64,000 nt of DNA from the NCBI GenBank assembly GCA_949538735.1, contig CATGLK010000009.1:657-64656 (forward strand). Direction: 5' to 3'. Position 1 is the stretch's first letter. The number at the start of each line of letters is the position of its first letter. Shown in pieces: positions 23,238 through 33,900 of the stretch. This DNA comes from an uncultured Clostridia bacterium (lineage in GTDB: Bacteria; Bacillota; Clostridia; TANB77; CAG-508). The position numbers and the translations under genes were made by a program. The notes below the pieces were generated by a model. The model ran no database searches. It was not told the DNA's origin and saw nothing but the letters and a program-made list of their open reading frames with translations.

Positions 23238-23356
23238 TATCCTACAAAGGACAAGCTCATAGGGGCTTGTTTTTTTATGAAATAAACAGCATAAAATGTT
23301 GAAAAAAGTAGACTAATAAGTTATAATATAATAAAGGAGAAAATGGAGGAAAAAAT

Positions 23357-23749
23357 ATGAAGAAAATAATAAGTTGCTTAATTATAATAGTTATATTAGT
23401 GATTGGTTTTTTACCATGTTGTTATGCTGCAAATGGCGCGGATGATGCAATTAAAGATGGTGATAAATTTCTAGATGTAGGAAGACAGCATATAGAAGAT
23501 AAGGGTTCACCAATAAGCGATGAAGGGTTAAAGAACCTTTCTAACTCTATGAGTAATATGTTACTCTTAATAGGGACAATAGTAGCAGTTGCAGTAGGAG
23601 TTGTATTAGGAATTAAATTCATGTTAGCAAGTGTAGAAGAAAAAGCAAAAGTAAAAGAAATGTTAACAATATATATTATAGGATGTGTAGTTTTATTTGG
23701 GGCTTTCACGATTTGGAAGATTTGTGTTGAATTATTTAGTAGTATTTAG
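23357..23749 (+). CDS. VirB2/TrbC-like pilin-family protein, paralog 4 (most divergent)
   Basis: IGTIVAVAVGVVLGIKFMLASVEEKAKVKEMLTIYIIGCVVLFGA. Own promoter ATGTTGAAAAAAG..TTATAAT at 23287-23317. Confidence 0.6.
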   Translation: MKKIISCLIIIVILVIGFLPCCYAANGADDAIKDGDKFLDVGRQHIEDKGSPISDEGLKNLSNSMSNMLLLIGTIVAVAVGVVLGIKFMLASVEEKAKVKEMLTIYIIGCVVLFGAFTIWKICVELFSSI

Positions 23750-23861
23750 AATATTACGATATAATTACGAAACATTTACATTTTTGTAAAATGAGGAAAA
23801 AAGCAATACATAAAGATAAAAAAATGTTATAATATAAGTAATATTATAATAGGAGGAAATT

Positions 23862-24218
23862 ATGGGAACATATAACATACCAAGAAACCTAAAAGGAGAA
23901 GGAAGAATTTTATATGTATTTTCAACAAAAGCATTGGCATATACAGGAGCAGGTGCTGTAATAGGAGGATTATTTTATTTTATACTCAATGCAATTGGAC
24001 TTACATTTTTAGGATTAATGTTTGTAGTTATTTTTGGATTTATAGGATTTTCAATAGCAACATTCAAAATTCCGAAAATAAAAACTATAAAATTTTTAAA
24101 GGACATTAGCGGAGAGAACATTGATGAGATAATAAAGCGATATATAAAATTCAAATCAAAAAAGAAGAATAGATATGCATTATATAAAACAAAGGAGGAA
24201 GTAATAGATGGAGAGTAA
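23862..24218 (+). CDS. PrgI-family (VirB3-like) small two-TM T4SS protein
   Basis: N-terminus MGTYNIPRNLKGEGRILYVFSTKALAY matches the remembered PrgI-family pattern (YxIPxxL...KI...LTxRQ). Hydrophobic hairpin. Extended -10 TGTTATAAT at 23843-23851. Confidence 0.55.
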   Translation: MGTYNIPRNLKGEGRILYVFSTKALAYTGAGAVIGGLFYFILNAIGLTFLGLMFVVIFGFIGFSIATFKIPKIKTIKFLKDISGENIDEIIKRYIKFKSKKKNRYALYKTKEEVIDGE

Positions 24219-25440
24219 TGAAATTACAAATTTATTAACAATAATTTTAGCAGTTTTTTTGTGTGTGTTAGTTATTCTTATAATAGTATATGTAATATTA
24301 CTTGCTAAAAGCAAAAAAGGAAATTCAAATAAACAAAAATCAAGTAATGAAATAATTATTAATGATAATAAAAAGGCAAAGAAAGAAAAAGTAAAAATAG
24401 ATACAACAGAAGATATAAGTAAATTTATGGAATTCGAAAAAGTGCAAGATAATATGATAATCCAGAAAGAAAGATCTAAGTACATAATGGTAGTAGAATG
24501 CCAAGGTGTAAATTATGACTTAATGTCAGAAGCAGAAAAAATAGGAGTAGAAGAGGGATTTCTACAATTTTTAAATACATTAAGGCATCCTGTTCAAATA
24601 TATGTCCAAACAAGAACTGTAAATTTAGAAGAAAGTATAAGTAGATATAGAAGTAAATTTTCCCAAATAGAAAGTGAAATGTATAAAAAAAGGCAAGAAT
24701 ATATGACAATAAAAGATGACCTCAACTATACAAAAGAGCAGAGACAAAAAGCCCTATACGCATTTACCAAAGCTAGAAACTTATATGAATATGGAAGAGA
24801 CATAATTGAAGATACCGAAAAAATGAGCTTAAATAAGAATATTTTAAATAAAAAGTATTATATTATTATTCCATATTATGCAGAAGATTTAAAAGACGGA
24901 AACTTTGAAATAGAAGAAATAAGAGGTCATGCATTTACAGAATTGTATACAAAATCACAAGCAATTATAAGAACACTAACTGCATGTGGTGTGAATGGAA
25001 AAATATTAAATACTAAAGAATTAATAGAGTTATTATATGTAGCTTATAATAGAGACCATGAAGAAGTATTTAACATTGATAAAATTATTGGAGCAGGATA
25101 TGATAAATTATATTCTATGGCAGAAGATGTATATGCAAAGAAAATAAGAGCAATAGATAAACAAATAGAAGAAGAAGCTATAAATAAAGCAAAAGAGAAT
25201 TTAAATATTGCAAAAACGGCGTTAGAACAGGAAGCTATAAGAAAAGATAAAGAAAGAGAAAGCATAATTGATGAATTAGCAAAAATGATATTGGAAGAAA
25301 ATAGAGAATATGTAGATGAGAAATTAATAGACACTGCAATAGAGCAAATTGACGGGGAAAAGAAATCAAAGAAAACTAAAGAAAAGGAGGTAAATCAAGA
25401 TGGCAAGAGAAAAACAACTAGAAGAACAACAAAACAATAA
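24208..25440 (+). CDS. Membrane-anchored protein carrying a TrsE-type VirB4 N-terminal domain plus a long coiled coil (the N-terminal half of a split VirB4)
   Basis: N-terminal TM (LLTIILAVFLCVLVILIIVYVILL). The motif YIMVVECQGVNYDLMSEAEKIGVEEGFLQFLNTLRHPVQIYVQTRTVNL parallels IKILKIIPINYNLKSDLEKEAIL..FDIQIFIQSSKIDL of the edge VirB4 gene. Lys/Glu-rich C-terminal coiled coil. Overlaps the next ORF by 41 nt. Confidence 0.5.
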   Translation: MESNEITNLLTIILAVFLCVLVILIIVYVILLAKSKKGNSNKQKSSNEIIINDNKKAKKEKVKIDTTEDISKFMEFEKVQDNMIIQKERSKYIMVVECQGVNYDLMSEAEKIGVEEGFLQFLNTLRHPVQIYVQTRTVNLEESISRYRSKFSQIESEMYKKRQEYMTIKDDLNYTKEQRQKALYAFTKARNLYEYGRDIIEDTEKMSLNKNILNKKYYIIIPYYAEDLKDGNFEIEEIRGHAFTELYTKSQAIIRTLTACGVNGKILNTKELIELLYVAYNRDHEEVFNIDKIIGAGYDKLYSMAEDVYAKKIRAIDKQIEEEAINKAKENLNIAKTALEQEAIRKDKERESIIDELAKMILEENREYVDEKLIDTAIEQIDGEKKSKKTKEKEVNQDGKRKTTRRTTKQ

Positions 25441-27373
25441 AGAAGAAAAAATTACATTGTTAAAAAATACCTCAATAAAAGAAATGATTGCACCTTCAGG
25501 AGTAGATGCTTCAAGTTTGGATCATTTAGAAATAGTATCAAATATTAAAAGATATGCTAGAAGCTTTGTAGTTTCAACATTGCCAAGAATGTGTAGTTTT
25601 CCAGAATTATTTAGAGATATGTACATGTTTGGAGATATAAACACATCAATATATATAAATCCAATTGCAGAATCAAGATCACAAAATGAGTTAAATAGAG
25701 TAATAAATGAATTAGAGACAGAAAGAATAGTAGCACAAGACAAAGGAAATATAAACAGAGAAAGTACTCTAGTTCAAAAACGTATAGAAGCAGAGCAGTT
25801 AAGAGATGAGATAGCAGCAGGGTTTAATAAATTATTTGAAGCATCAGTAATATCAACTCTATATGCCTATAACATGGAGGACTTAGATAAATTAACAAAA
25901 CTATTAGAAACCGAAATGTCAAAAAACTTATTAGATATAAAAAGTGCTTGGGCAATGCAAGAGGAAGCATATCAAAGCAATGTACCATTAATGCAAGATA
26001 AAGTAAAGAAAATACATACTTTTGATAGAAGATCAATGGGAACAGTATTTCCTTTTACAACTTCTGATGTAGGACATCCATCAGGAGTACCAATAGGATT
26101 TAATAAACAAACAGGAGTGCCAATATTATTTGATAATTTCCATCCATCATTAACAAATTATAATATGGTTATATTTGCAAAATCTGGTGCTGGAAAATCA
26201 GTAACAATGAAAACATTGATATCTAGGTCATCTGTATTAATGGGGATAGAAAGTTTGGCATTAGATGCTGAAGGAGAGTATTCAATAGTTACAGAAAGTC
26301 TAGGTGGGATAAATGTTGTATTAAGTCCAAACTCAAAAACTATTATAAATGTTTTTGATATTGAACCAGAGAGAATAAAAGATGAAATTACAGGAAAAGA
26401 AAGAATTGTTCTAAATGTTGAAAATAAAATAGAAGACGTAACACAAGCTTTGTTAACAATGGCAAGAGGAAGTACGAGAAGTGATGAAGTAAATGAATTA
26501 ACAAAACAAATTATAGCAGAGTCGGTTGCGGAAGAATATGCGGCATTAGGAATAACTAATGATCCTCAAAGCTTATTCCGTGAAAGTGGAACATTTGACA
26601 GAAACGATAAACTATACAGGGAAAAGAAAGAAATGCCTACTATAGGTAGTTGGTATAGAAGAATACAAAAGAAAGCTCAAGATAATGATAATAAAGATTA
26701 TAGTTTTCATTATAGTTATTTATTAAAAGTTATGAAACAATACATAAGAGAGTATGACGGACAAATGGCCTACTTTGATGGACAATCAACTTTTGAATTA
26801 TTAGACGGAGCACCATTTATAAATTTAGATATATCACAATTGGAAGAAAGATTTGCAAGACCTTTGGCACAGCAAATATTACTTTCTTGGATATGGGAAA
26901 AATACGTAAAGAAAAATAGTGAAGATAGAACAAAAGCTAAAAAGAAAAGAGTGTTGGTTGATGAGGCATGGATGCTATTACCATACCCAGAAGCTGTGGA
27001 TTTCTTAAACACAATGGCAAGACGTGCTAGAAAGAGAAATGTATCGCTTGCTATTATATCTCAAAGATTTCAAGATTTTTATGAGAAACCTGAAGCACAA
27101 GCAGTATTAACATCTTCTGATACAAAGTTATTCTTAGCACAAGATAAATCAGAAATACAGTACTTAAAAGAAGTGTTTAAACTAAGTGAAGGTGAAGCTG
27201 GTTTCTTAGTAACTTGTTTAAAAGGAGAAGGACTATTAAAGGTAGGAGCAGATTCGGCAATTATTCAAGTAAGACCAACACAAAAGGAATTTGAGTTTGT
27301 GGAAACAAACTTAAATAAAATGGTAGAAATGAGAAGAAAAAATGAGGAGAATGAAGTGTATGAGGACAATTAA
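25400..27373 (+). CDS. VirB4/ConE-family T4SS ATPase (middle domain plus ATPase)
   Basis: Strong RBS AAGGAGG at 25384-25390. Middle-domain motifs (MIAPSGVD...YPR-like, TVFPFTTSDV), Walker A IFAKSGAGKSV, LDAEGEY, Walker B-like VLVDEAWMLL. Confidence 0.85.
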   Translation: MAREKQLEEQQNNKEEKITLLKNTSIKEMIAPSGVDASSLDHLEIVSNIKRYARSFVVSTLPRMCSFPELFRDMYMFGDINTSIYINPIAESRSQNELNRVINELETERIVAQDKGNINRESTLVQKRIEAEQLRDEIAAGFNKLFEASVISTLYAYNMEDLDKLTKLLETEMSKNLLDIKSAWAMQEEAYQSNVPLMQDKVKKIHTFDRRSMGTVFPFTTSDVGHPSGVPIGFNKQTGVPILFDNFHPSLTNYNMVIFAKSGAGKSVTMKTLISRSSVLMGIESLALDAEGEYSIVTESLGGINVVLSPNSKTIINVFDIEPERIKDEITGKERIVLNVENKIEDVTQALLTMARGSTRSDEVNELTKQIIAESVAEEYAALGITNDPQSLFRESGTFDRNDKLYREKKEMPTIGSWYRRIQKKAQDNDNKDYSFHYSYLLKVMKQYIREYDGQMAYFDGQSTFELLDGAPFINLDISQLEERFARPLAQQILLSWIWEKYVKKNSEDRTKAKKKRVLVDEAWMLLPYPEAVDFLNTMARRARKRNVSLAIISQRFQDFYEKPEAQAVLTSSDTKLFLAQDKSEIQYLKEVFKLSEGEAGFLVTCLKGEGLLKVGADSAIIQVRPTQKEFEFVETNLNKMVEMRRKNEENEVYEDN

Positions 27374-29981
27374 AAGTAAGTGGCAAAAGTTGGTAATTGC
27401 ATTTTTGGTAGTTATAATGTTGTTTAATGTAGTGTTCCCTCCATACTCTAGAGCTGATTTTGGGGGAACCTTATTTGAACCAATAGCAGAATTTATATGT
27501 GGAGTAGGAGATGCAATAATGAATATCCTTCAAACAACGATGTTACCTGGGGCACCTAAAGCTGTTGAAACAAGAACGGTAGGAGATTTATTATCTGATG
27601 AATTGGTAGAGTCAGATAATTGGATAGACAAAGCGAAAGGATGGTTTATGAAGTTTGAAGGAGCGGTAGACAACATACCAGTTTTGGGAGATATTTATAG
27701 AGGTGGATCTAGTTTTTTGAAAGCATTTAATCCAATAGGGATGGTAAAGGGAACAGTTAAGAATGTAAAAGATATGGGACCGTTGGCACTTTTAGGAGGA
27801 GGAATTCTAGGAGGTTTTAGAGAAGCGAAGGATAATTATGAAGGGTATTATGAATTATATAGAGAAACAACAGTAGTACCATTAATGTTATATGGACCAG
27901 CAGCAATATTTTCTAATTTGGTACCAGCACTAGATGTCAATTTTATAAATCCACATGTAGGATATAAAGGAGGATCTATAACATTTAATCTAGAACATGG
28001 AAAATGGGAAAGAGGAGCGAAGACAGAAATAACATCAGTTTACACAGAAGATACTAATGCAGATGAATATGTAGGAAATATTGCACTGAAATTACAAGCT
28101 ACTATTGCTAAATGGTATTTAGCCTTAAGAAATATTGCAGTTGTAATGATGTTATCTGTATTGGTATACGTAGGAATAAGGATTATATTATCAAGCACAG
28201 CAGGCGAAACGGCTAAGTATAAAACACTATTAAAAGATTGGCTTGTTGGGATGTGCTTATTATTTACATTACATTATATGATGGCTTTTATATTAAAAGG
28301 AGCAGAGATGGTAACAGATTTATTTTCATCATCTGAAATGATGATAATTGATGAAAAAGATGATGGAGTAATGATAGATCCGTTTTTGACATCTACTAGA
28401 CTACTTGCAGTAGGTATGGATGATAATATAGACGATCAAACTCTAAATGAGATGAAATTTGATTTAGGTGATATGTTTGGGTATACAGTGATATATTGTC
28501 TATTAGTAGTTTACACTATAATATTTACATGGAAATATTTAAAGAGATTCGTGTATTTAGCATTTTTAACTATGATATCTCCATTAGTAGCATTTACATA
28601 TCCTATAGATAAAATGAAAGATGGAAGTGCGCAAGCTTTTAATATGTGGATGAAAGAATATACATATAATGTACTAATTCAACCATTACACTTATTATTA
28701 TATGCTATACTTATAAGTGCAGCTCAAGATTTTGCAGAAACAAATTTAATTTATACTGTTGTAGTGTTAGGATTCTTGTTGGAAGCAGAGAAAATATTCA
28801 AATCACTATTTGGATTTAATAAAGCTAGTGGAGGAGAATTATCAGCAGCAGTTACAGGAGGAGCATTATTTGGAACAGCGGCAGGATTTACAAAAAATAT
28901 GTTCAAAAAACTACCTGGAGATAAAAATAATAAAAAAGATTCAGGTGGGTCTGATGGAACTGGAAGCAATAGTAAGATACGTATGGACAGAAAAGCGGAT
29001 TCAGATAAAAAAGGAATAAATTTAGGAACAGCATTTGGTGGTGGAATATCTAATAGTAGTTCGTCAACAGGTGGTGCTACTATGTTAAGTAGTGGAACAT
29101 CAGGAAATAGTTTGTCTAAAAATAATAATTTAAGTAATAGTTCATTAGGAAATACTGTTGCAGGAAATGGTAGTATGCCAGTGATTTTAGGAAGTGGTGC
29201 AGCAAAAGGAAAATATTCAGGAAAATTAGGAAAAACAACAGGAAAATTAGGTAAAAGCATTAATAATTCTAAATTCGGACAATCAAATATTGGAAGAAAA
29301 ACAATTAGAGGTGTTAAAGGAGTAGGAAGAGTTGCAGGTACAGGTGCTAAAAAGGTATTTACTACGAAAAATGGTATTAGATTAGCTAAAGGAGCAGCTT
29401 CAGTAGCAGGAGCAGCAGCATTAGGAACAATGGGATTGGCAGCAGGACTAGCATCAGACAATCCAGAAGATGCAATCAAATATGCTACTGTTGGTGCAGG
29501 AGCAGGTGCACTTATAGGTAGTAAAACAGTGGGAGCTGTAGGAGCAGGCGGTAATGCTATAAAAAATGCTACAACAGGAATAAGAGATGAATTTGAGAAA
29601 GGTGCATACGGAAAAAAAGGTGCTCAAGAAAGAGCTAATAAGAGACTTGATGAAAAATGGAAGAAATCTTCAGAGACCGTACAGCATTATAAAGATGAGT
29701 ACGGAGATAATTGGGAAGATGCAATGGATAATGCAATGGAACTAAGAAAACGTGGAATAGTAGATCAAAAAGAGTTAGATATGGCACAAAAAATGATGGA
29801 CAGAAATCAAGGACAAATGAATTTAGACCAAACAGCAGCAATTATGAAAGCGTCGAGAGGATTAACATCTCAAAGTTTAAAAGAAAATAGAAAAGACATA
29901 TTAGAGAGTATAATGGATGAAGTACAAGACTCTAATACAGCTAATAAGATTATAAACGAAATGCGACAAAATTTAGAATAG
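27342..29981 (+). CDS. VirB6/ConG/Orf15-like polytopic T4SS channel protein with a Gly/Ser/Asn-rich C-terminal low-complexity region
   Basis: 879 aa. N-terminal signal/TM, a large extracytoplasmic domain, at least 5 TM helices (aa about 260-480), then a G/S/N/K-rich stretch (aa about 500-750). Confidence 0.55.
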   Translation: MRRMKCMRTIKSKWQKLVIAFLVVIMLFNVVFPPYSRADFGGTLFEPIAEFICGVGDAIMNILQTTMLPGAPKAVETRTVGDLLSDELVESDNWIDKAKGWFMKFEGAVDNIPVLGDIYRGGSSFLKAFNPIGMVKGTVKNVKDMGPLALLGGGILGGFREAKDNYEGYYELYRETTVVPLMLYGPAAIFSNLVPALDVNFINPHVGYKGGSITFNLEHGKWERGAKTEITSVYTEDTNADEYVGNIALKLQATIAKWYLALRNIAVVMMLSVLVYVGIRIILSSTAGETAKYKTLLKDWLVGMCLLFTLHYMMAFILKGAEMVTDLFSSSEMMIIDEKDDGVMIDPFLTSTRLLAVGMDDNIDDQTLNEMKFDLGDMFGYTVIYCLLVVYTIIFTWKYLKRFVYLAFLTMISPLVAFTYPIDKMKDGSAQAFNMWMKEYTYNVLIQPLHLLLYAILISAAQDFAETNLIYTVVVLGFLLEAEKIFKSLFGFNKASGGELSAAVTGGALFGTAAGFTKNMFKKLPGDKNNKKDSGGSDGTGSNSKIRMDRKADSDKKGINLGTAFGGGISNSSSSTGGATMLSSGTSGNSLSKNNNLSNSSLGNTVAGNGSMPVILGSGAAKGKYSGKLGKTTGKLGKSINNSKFGQSNIGRKTIRGVKGVGRVAGTGAKKVFTTKNGIRLAKGAASVAGAAALGTMGLAAGLASDNPEDAIKYATVGAGAGALIGSKTVGAVGAGGNAIKNATTGIRDEFEKGAYGKKGAQERANKRLDEKWKKSSETVQHYKDEYGDNWEDAMDNAMELRKRGIVDQKELDMAQKMMDRNQGQMNLDQTAAIMKASRGLTSQSLKENRKDILESIMDEVQDSNTANKIINEMRQNLE

Positions 29982-29995
29982 GAATATGATTTAAT

Positions 29996-30929
29996 ATGAA
30001 TAAATTAATCAGAACATATAATCAAAACAGAAAAAAGATAAATATAGTTATACTTGCAATTATTTGCTTCTTTATACGGATTACAACTATTAAATAGTTT
30101 AAGTAAAAAACAAAAAAACATAGAAATAAATAATAATATAAGTTCTTCTACTAATACTATTGTTTCTGAAACTAATAAACAATATGAAGCTATTACAGGG
30201 CAGAAAAAAAATGAGAATACATATAAAACTCAGACAGAGGTAATTAAACAGTTTTTAGATAAGTGTAACGAAGGAGATACTCAAGGAGCATATGACTTGC
30301 TTTCAGATAATTGCAGGCAAGTCGAATATCCATCAATAAATGATTTTATTGATGGATATTATAATAGAAACTTTGATGAAAAAAAATCATACAATTATCA
30401 AGTTTGGAATGGAAATACATATAAAATAGAAATAAGACCAGATATCTTGTCTACTGGTATATATGATTCATCAGTATATTTAGAAGATTATTATACTTTA
30501 GAAAATAATAAATTAAATATAAATGGATATATAGCAAGAAAGAAAATAGAAAAAGAATTGGAAAAAGATAATATAAAGATAAAAGTAATGAGTATGGATT
30601 TTTTTAGAGATTATACAGTTTGCAACATTCAAGTATTTAATAAAACAGACAGTGAAATATTATTAGATACTAGAGATAAGGAAAACACAGTATATTTAAC
30701 TGATAAAAAAGAAGTTAAATACAATTCATATATAAATGAACTTAACGAAGAAGAAATAAGAGTGTTATTAGGTGAGAAGAAAGACATAAAAATTAAATTT
30801 AATTGTATATATAGAGAAAACTTATCAATAAAAAAACTATCATTTGATAATATAATTATGAATTATGAAAATTATACTATCAACAATATTGAAGATAAGG
30901 ATGCGATAAAAATAGAAATAGCAATATAG
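29996..30929 (+). CDS. VirB8/TcpC-like (NTF2-like) bitopic protein. The N-terminal TM segment lies in a different frame (29996-30097) from the main ORF (30054-30929), so an indel or frameshift is present.
   Basis: Frame A reads MNKLIRTYNQNRKKINIVILAIICFFI..., ending TAG 30095-30097. Frame B opens after TAG 30045-30047, with a TTG at 30054. The motif QFLDKCNEGDTQGAYDLLSDNCRQVEY is repeated in the 457-aa protein. Confidence 0.5.
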
Positions 30930-30954
30930 AAAGAGAGAAAAGAGGTGATATCTA

Positions 30955-33900
30955 TTGGAATTTAAAGGAAAGGCAGATATATTAACAAAATTGAAAAAGG
31001 CAGTTATGCTAAAAATAAAGATAGTAGCTGTATCAATTATAATACCAATAATTATAGCTGTTATATTGATAACATCGTTAGTGAAAGAAAATAAAAGACA
31101 AATGTCAAAGTCAACACAAGCAAATATATATAAAGCATTAAACGATAATGAAACAGATTTATCACAATTAGTTGAGATAAAAGGTGACGATTCCAATGGA
31201 TATTATCTTGAATTTGTAAGTGACATAGATCAAAGATTGCAAAAGGTCTTAAAAGCAGACAAAGAAACGTATAATGCTATGGGAATAAAAGATGTTAGTA
31301 TATTAAAGAAATTTATAAAAGCTCAATTAGCTACAGAGTTTCCACATTTAGGAGCAAGAATGTCAGGTGGTGGAAGCGGAGCAAGTGGTAGCATTAATGG
31401 AGATCCAGACTTAAGTAATACAACATTTTATCCGCGAGACAGTCAAAATGGGTGGTGCCAATGGTATACAACAGGTCGTATTAGAGAAATATATGGTTTG
31501 GATATACCACCAGATGGAAATCCAGCAGTAGGGTCTGTAAGTGGGTTAAGATTTACATATAATATATTATATGATGAATGGTTATGTAATACATATCCAG
31601 ATTATTTTGAAATGTCTACAGAACCAGCACCAGGTGCAGTATATTGTGCAACGGCATTTGATCATGTAAGTTTTATAAGGGCTGTGGATGTAGATGCAGG
31701 AACAATAACTGTAGAAGATGGAAATAGTGCTCCATTTGGATATGAGGGTGCAAGATTTATTAATTGGACTTCAGAATATGGAATAACCAATCGCCAAGGT
31801 GGAAGTGCTGGGTTAGCAATATATACAGAATCTATAGAATCTTTTAAATCAAGGACAAAAGCAAGATATTGTGTACCTACTGAAAAAGCTAAAGCTTTAA
31901 TGAAAGGCGGAAATGTAACAGACAAGACATCAAATAAATCAAATATAGATAGTTTAGAGGGAGTTTTATTTATAGGAGATTCAATTACAAAAGGATTAGA
32001 GAATTACCACGTTATAACAGATAAAGGAGTACAGTTTAGAGGCGTAATTAGTGCAGCTCCTAGACATTGGCTAAATGATCAACCAGTAAATGGAGTTCCG
32101 ACATTTAGTTCGTTGCCAAACGATAGTGATTCAATTACAGCCATATGCCTTATGCTAGGAACAAACGGGATAGATAATCCAGCTGGACAAGCTGACACAA
32201 TGAAACAGGTAATAGAAAAAATACATGATAAATATCCGAACAAAACGATATATGTGCAAAAGATTTTACCAGTAAGAGAATATGAATCTCAAGTAGAAAC
32301 ATATAATACTAAACTAGAAGAAATATGTAGTTCATTAGGATATACAGTATGTATAAATTCTACAGCCAATGTTGAGTTGGAACCAGGAGATGGAGTGCAT
32401 CCTACAGCGAATGGATCAAAAACATTAGCAGAAAATACAAGAGAACAAATTATAATGGGAGCACAATCAGGAGGAAAAGCAGTAACAAATCCAAATGCAT
32501 TTCAAGGTTCTATAAGAATTAGGAGAATAGGACCAAACAAAGGGGTTGGAGAATATAAAGAGTTAGAACAAGGACAGATTATTGAAGAAGATATAAAAAA
32601 TGAAGGTAAAACAGAAGAGGGACGAGGAAAAAAGGAAGAAATACCAGAAAATATAAAAAATAAAATTATAAAAAAGACAGTTCCAGAAGATAAAAAAGAG
32701 GTATTAGATAGTTTAGCATATTTGACTATTCCATATGTTGACTTTAAAGGTGCAGTAAAAAATGGTCATATGATAGTTAATAAAAATATTGCCGATGAAG
32801 TATTAGACTTATTTCAGGATTTATATAATATAAGATATCCTATAGAAAAGATGGAAATTGTAGAAGAGTATGAACAAGAAGAAGACACAGATAGTGGTAT
32901 AGAGTATAAATCAATTGATGATAATAATACATATTCGTTTTATTATTTAAGTGATGGAGCACATTCAACAGGTAATGCAATAGCAATAAATCCAAAGATA
33001 AATCCAAAGGTAACAAATGGAAATCCGGGGCATGCAAATGCAATAAAATATAGCCATAGAGATGATAAAACTAGATGGAAAGACTATGAAAAGGAAGCAT
33101 GTATAGAAAAAGATTCTGAAGCATATAAAGTTTTTGAAAAGTATGGTTGGATTTGGGGGGGAGACAATAGCGAAACTCCTAATTATATGCATTTTGAAAA
33201 AACAGTAATATCAGAAACAGAGACACAGAAAACAGTAGTTGATACGAGAATATACGATTTATCTTATGTTCCAGAAGAGACATTTAATAAATATGTGGAA
33301 GAAAATAACAGTAGAGCATTAAGAGTATATACATTAGATGATAAAAAGCAGTTAACAATAGCAACATGGTCATATAGTACAGACGGAGGATTAAAAATTT
33401 CAAAGGGAAAAACCATAAATTATAAAGCAGCATTATCTAAATATAGTATGCCAGTAGATTATTTATTAGCAATATTGATGCATTCAGAGGATAAGGTATT
33501 TGCAGAAGGTTTAGCAGATTTAGCAATAGATAGTGAATATATAATATCTGTACAAGATTCAGTAAATACAACTCAAACAGTTACTCAAGTACAAACAGAT
33601 ACATTACAAACAGAAGATATAACAGGAGCAACAGCTATAATAGGAACTTCAACCGAATCTAGTACAAAAGTTACAGAAAGTTCTTCACAACAAATAGAGG
33701 TAACATATGTAGATTGTTGGTTTGTAAAATATGCAAAAGATTTTAGTTTTCATGTAGATACATCAATAGGGAACATAGGAAATGAAGTTAATCTTTCTGG
33801 AAAAAAAGGTGAAAAGATTGGTGATTTCACAATAACAGCATATTGTCCATGTACGCAGTGTTCAGGAGGTTATGGCTCAGCTACAGCTACAGGAACTCAA

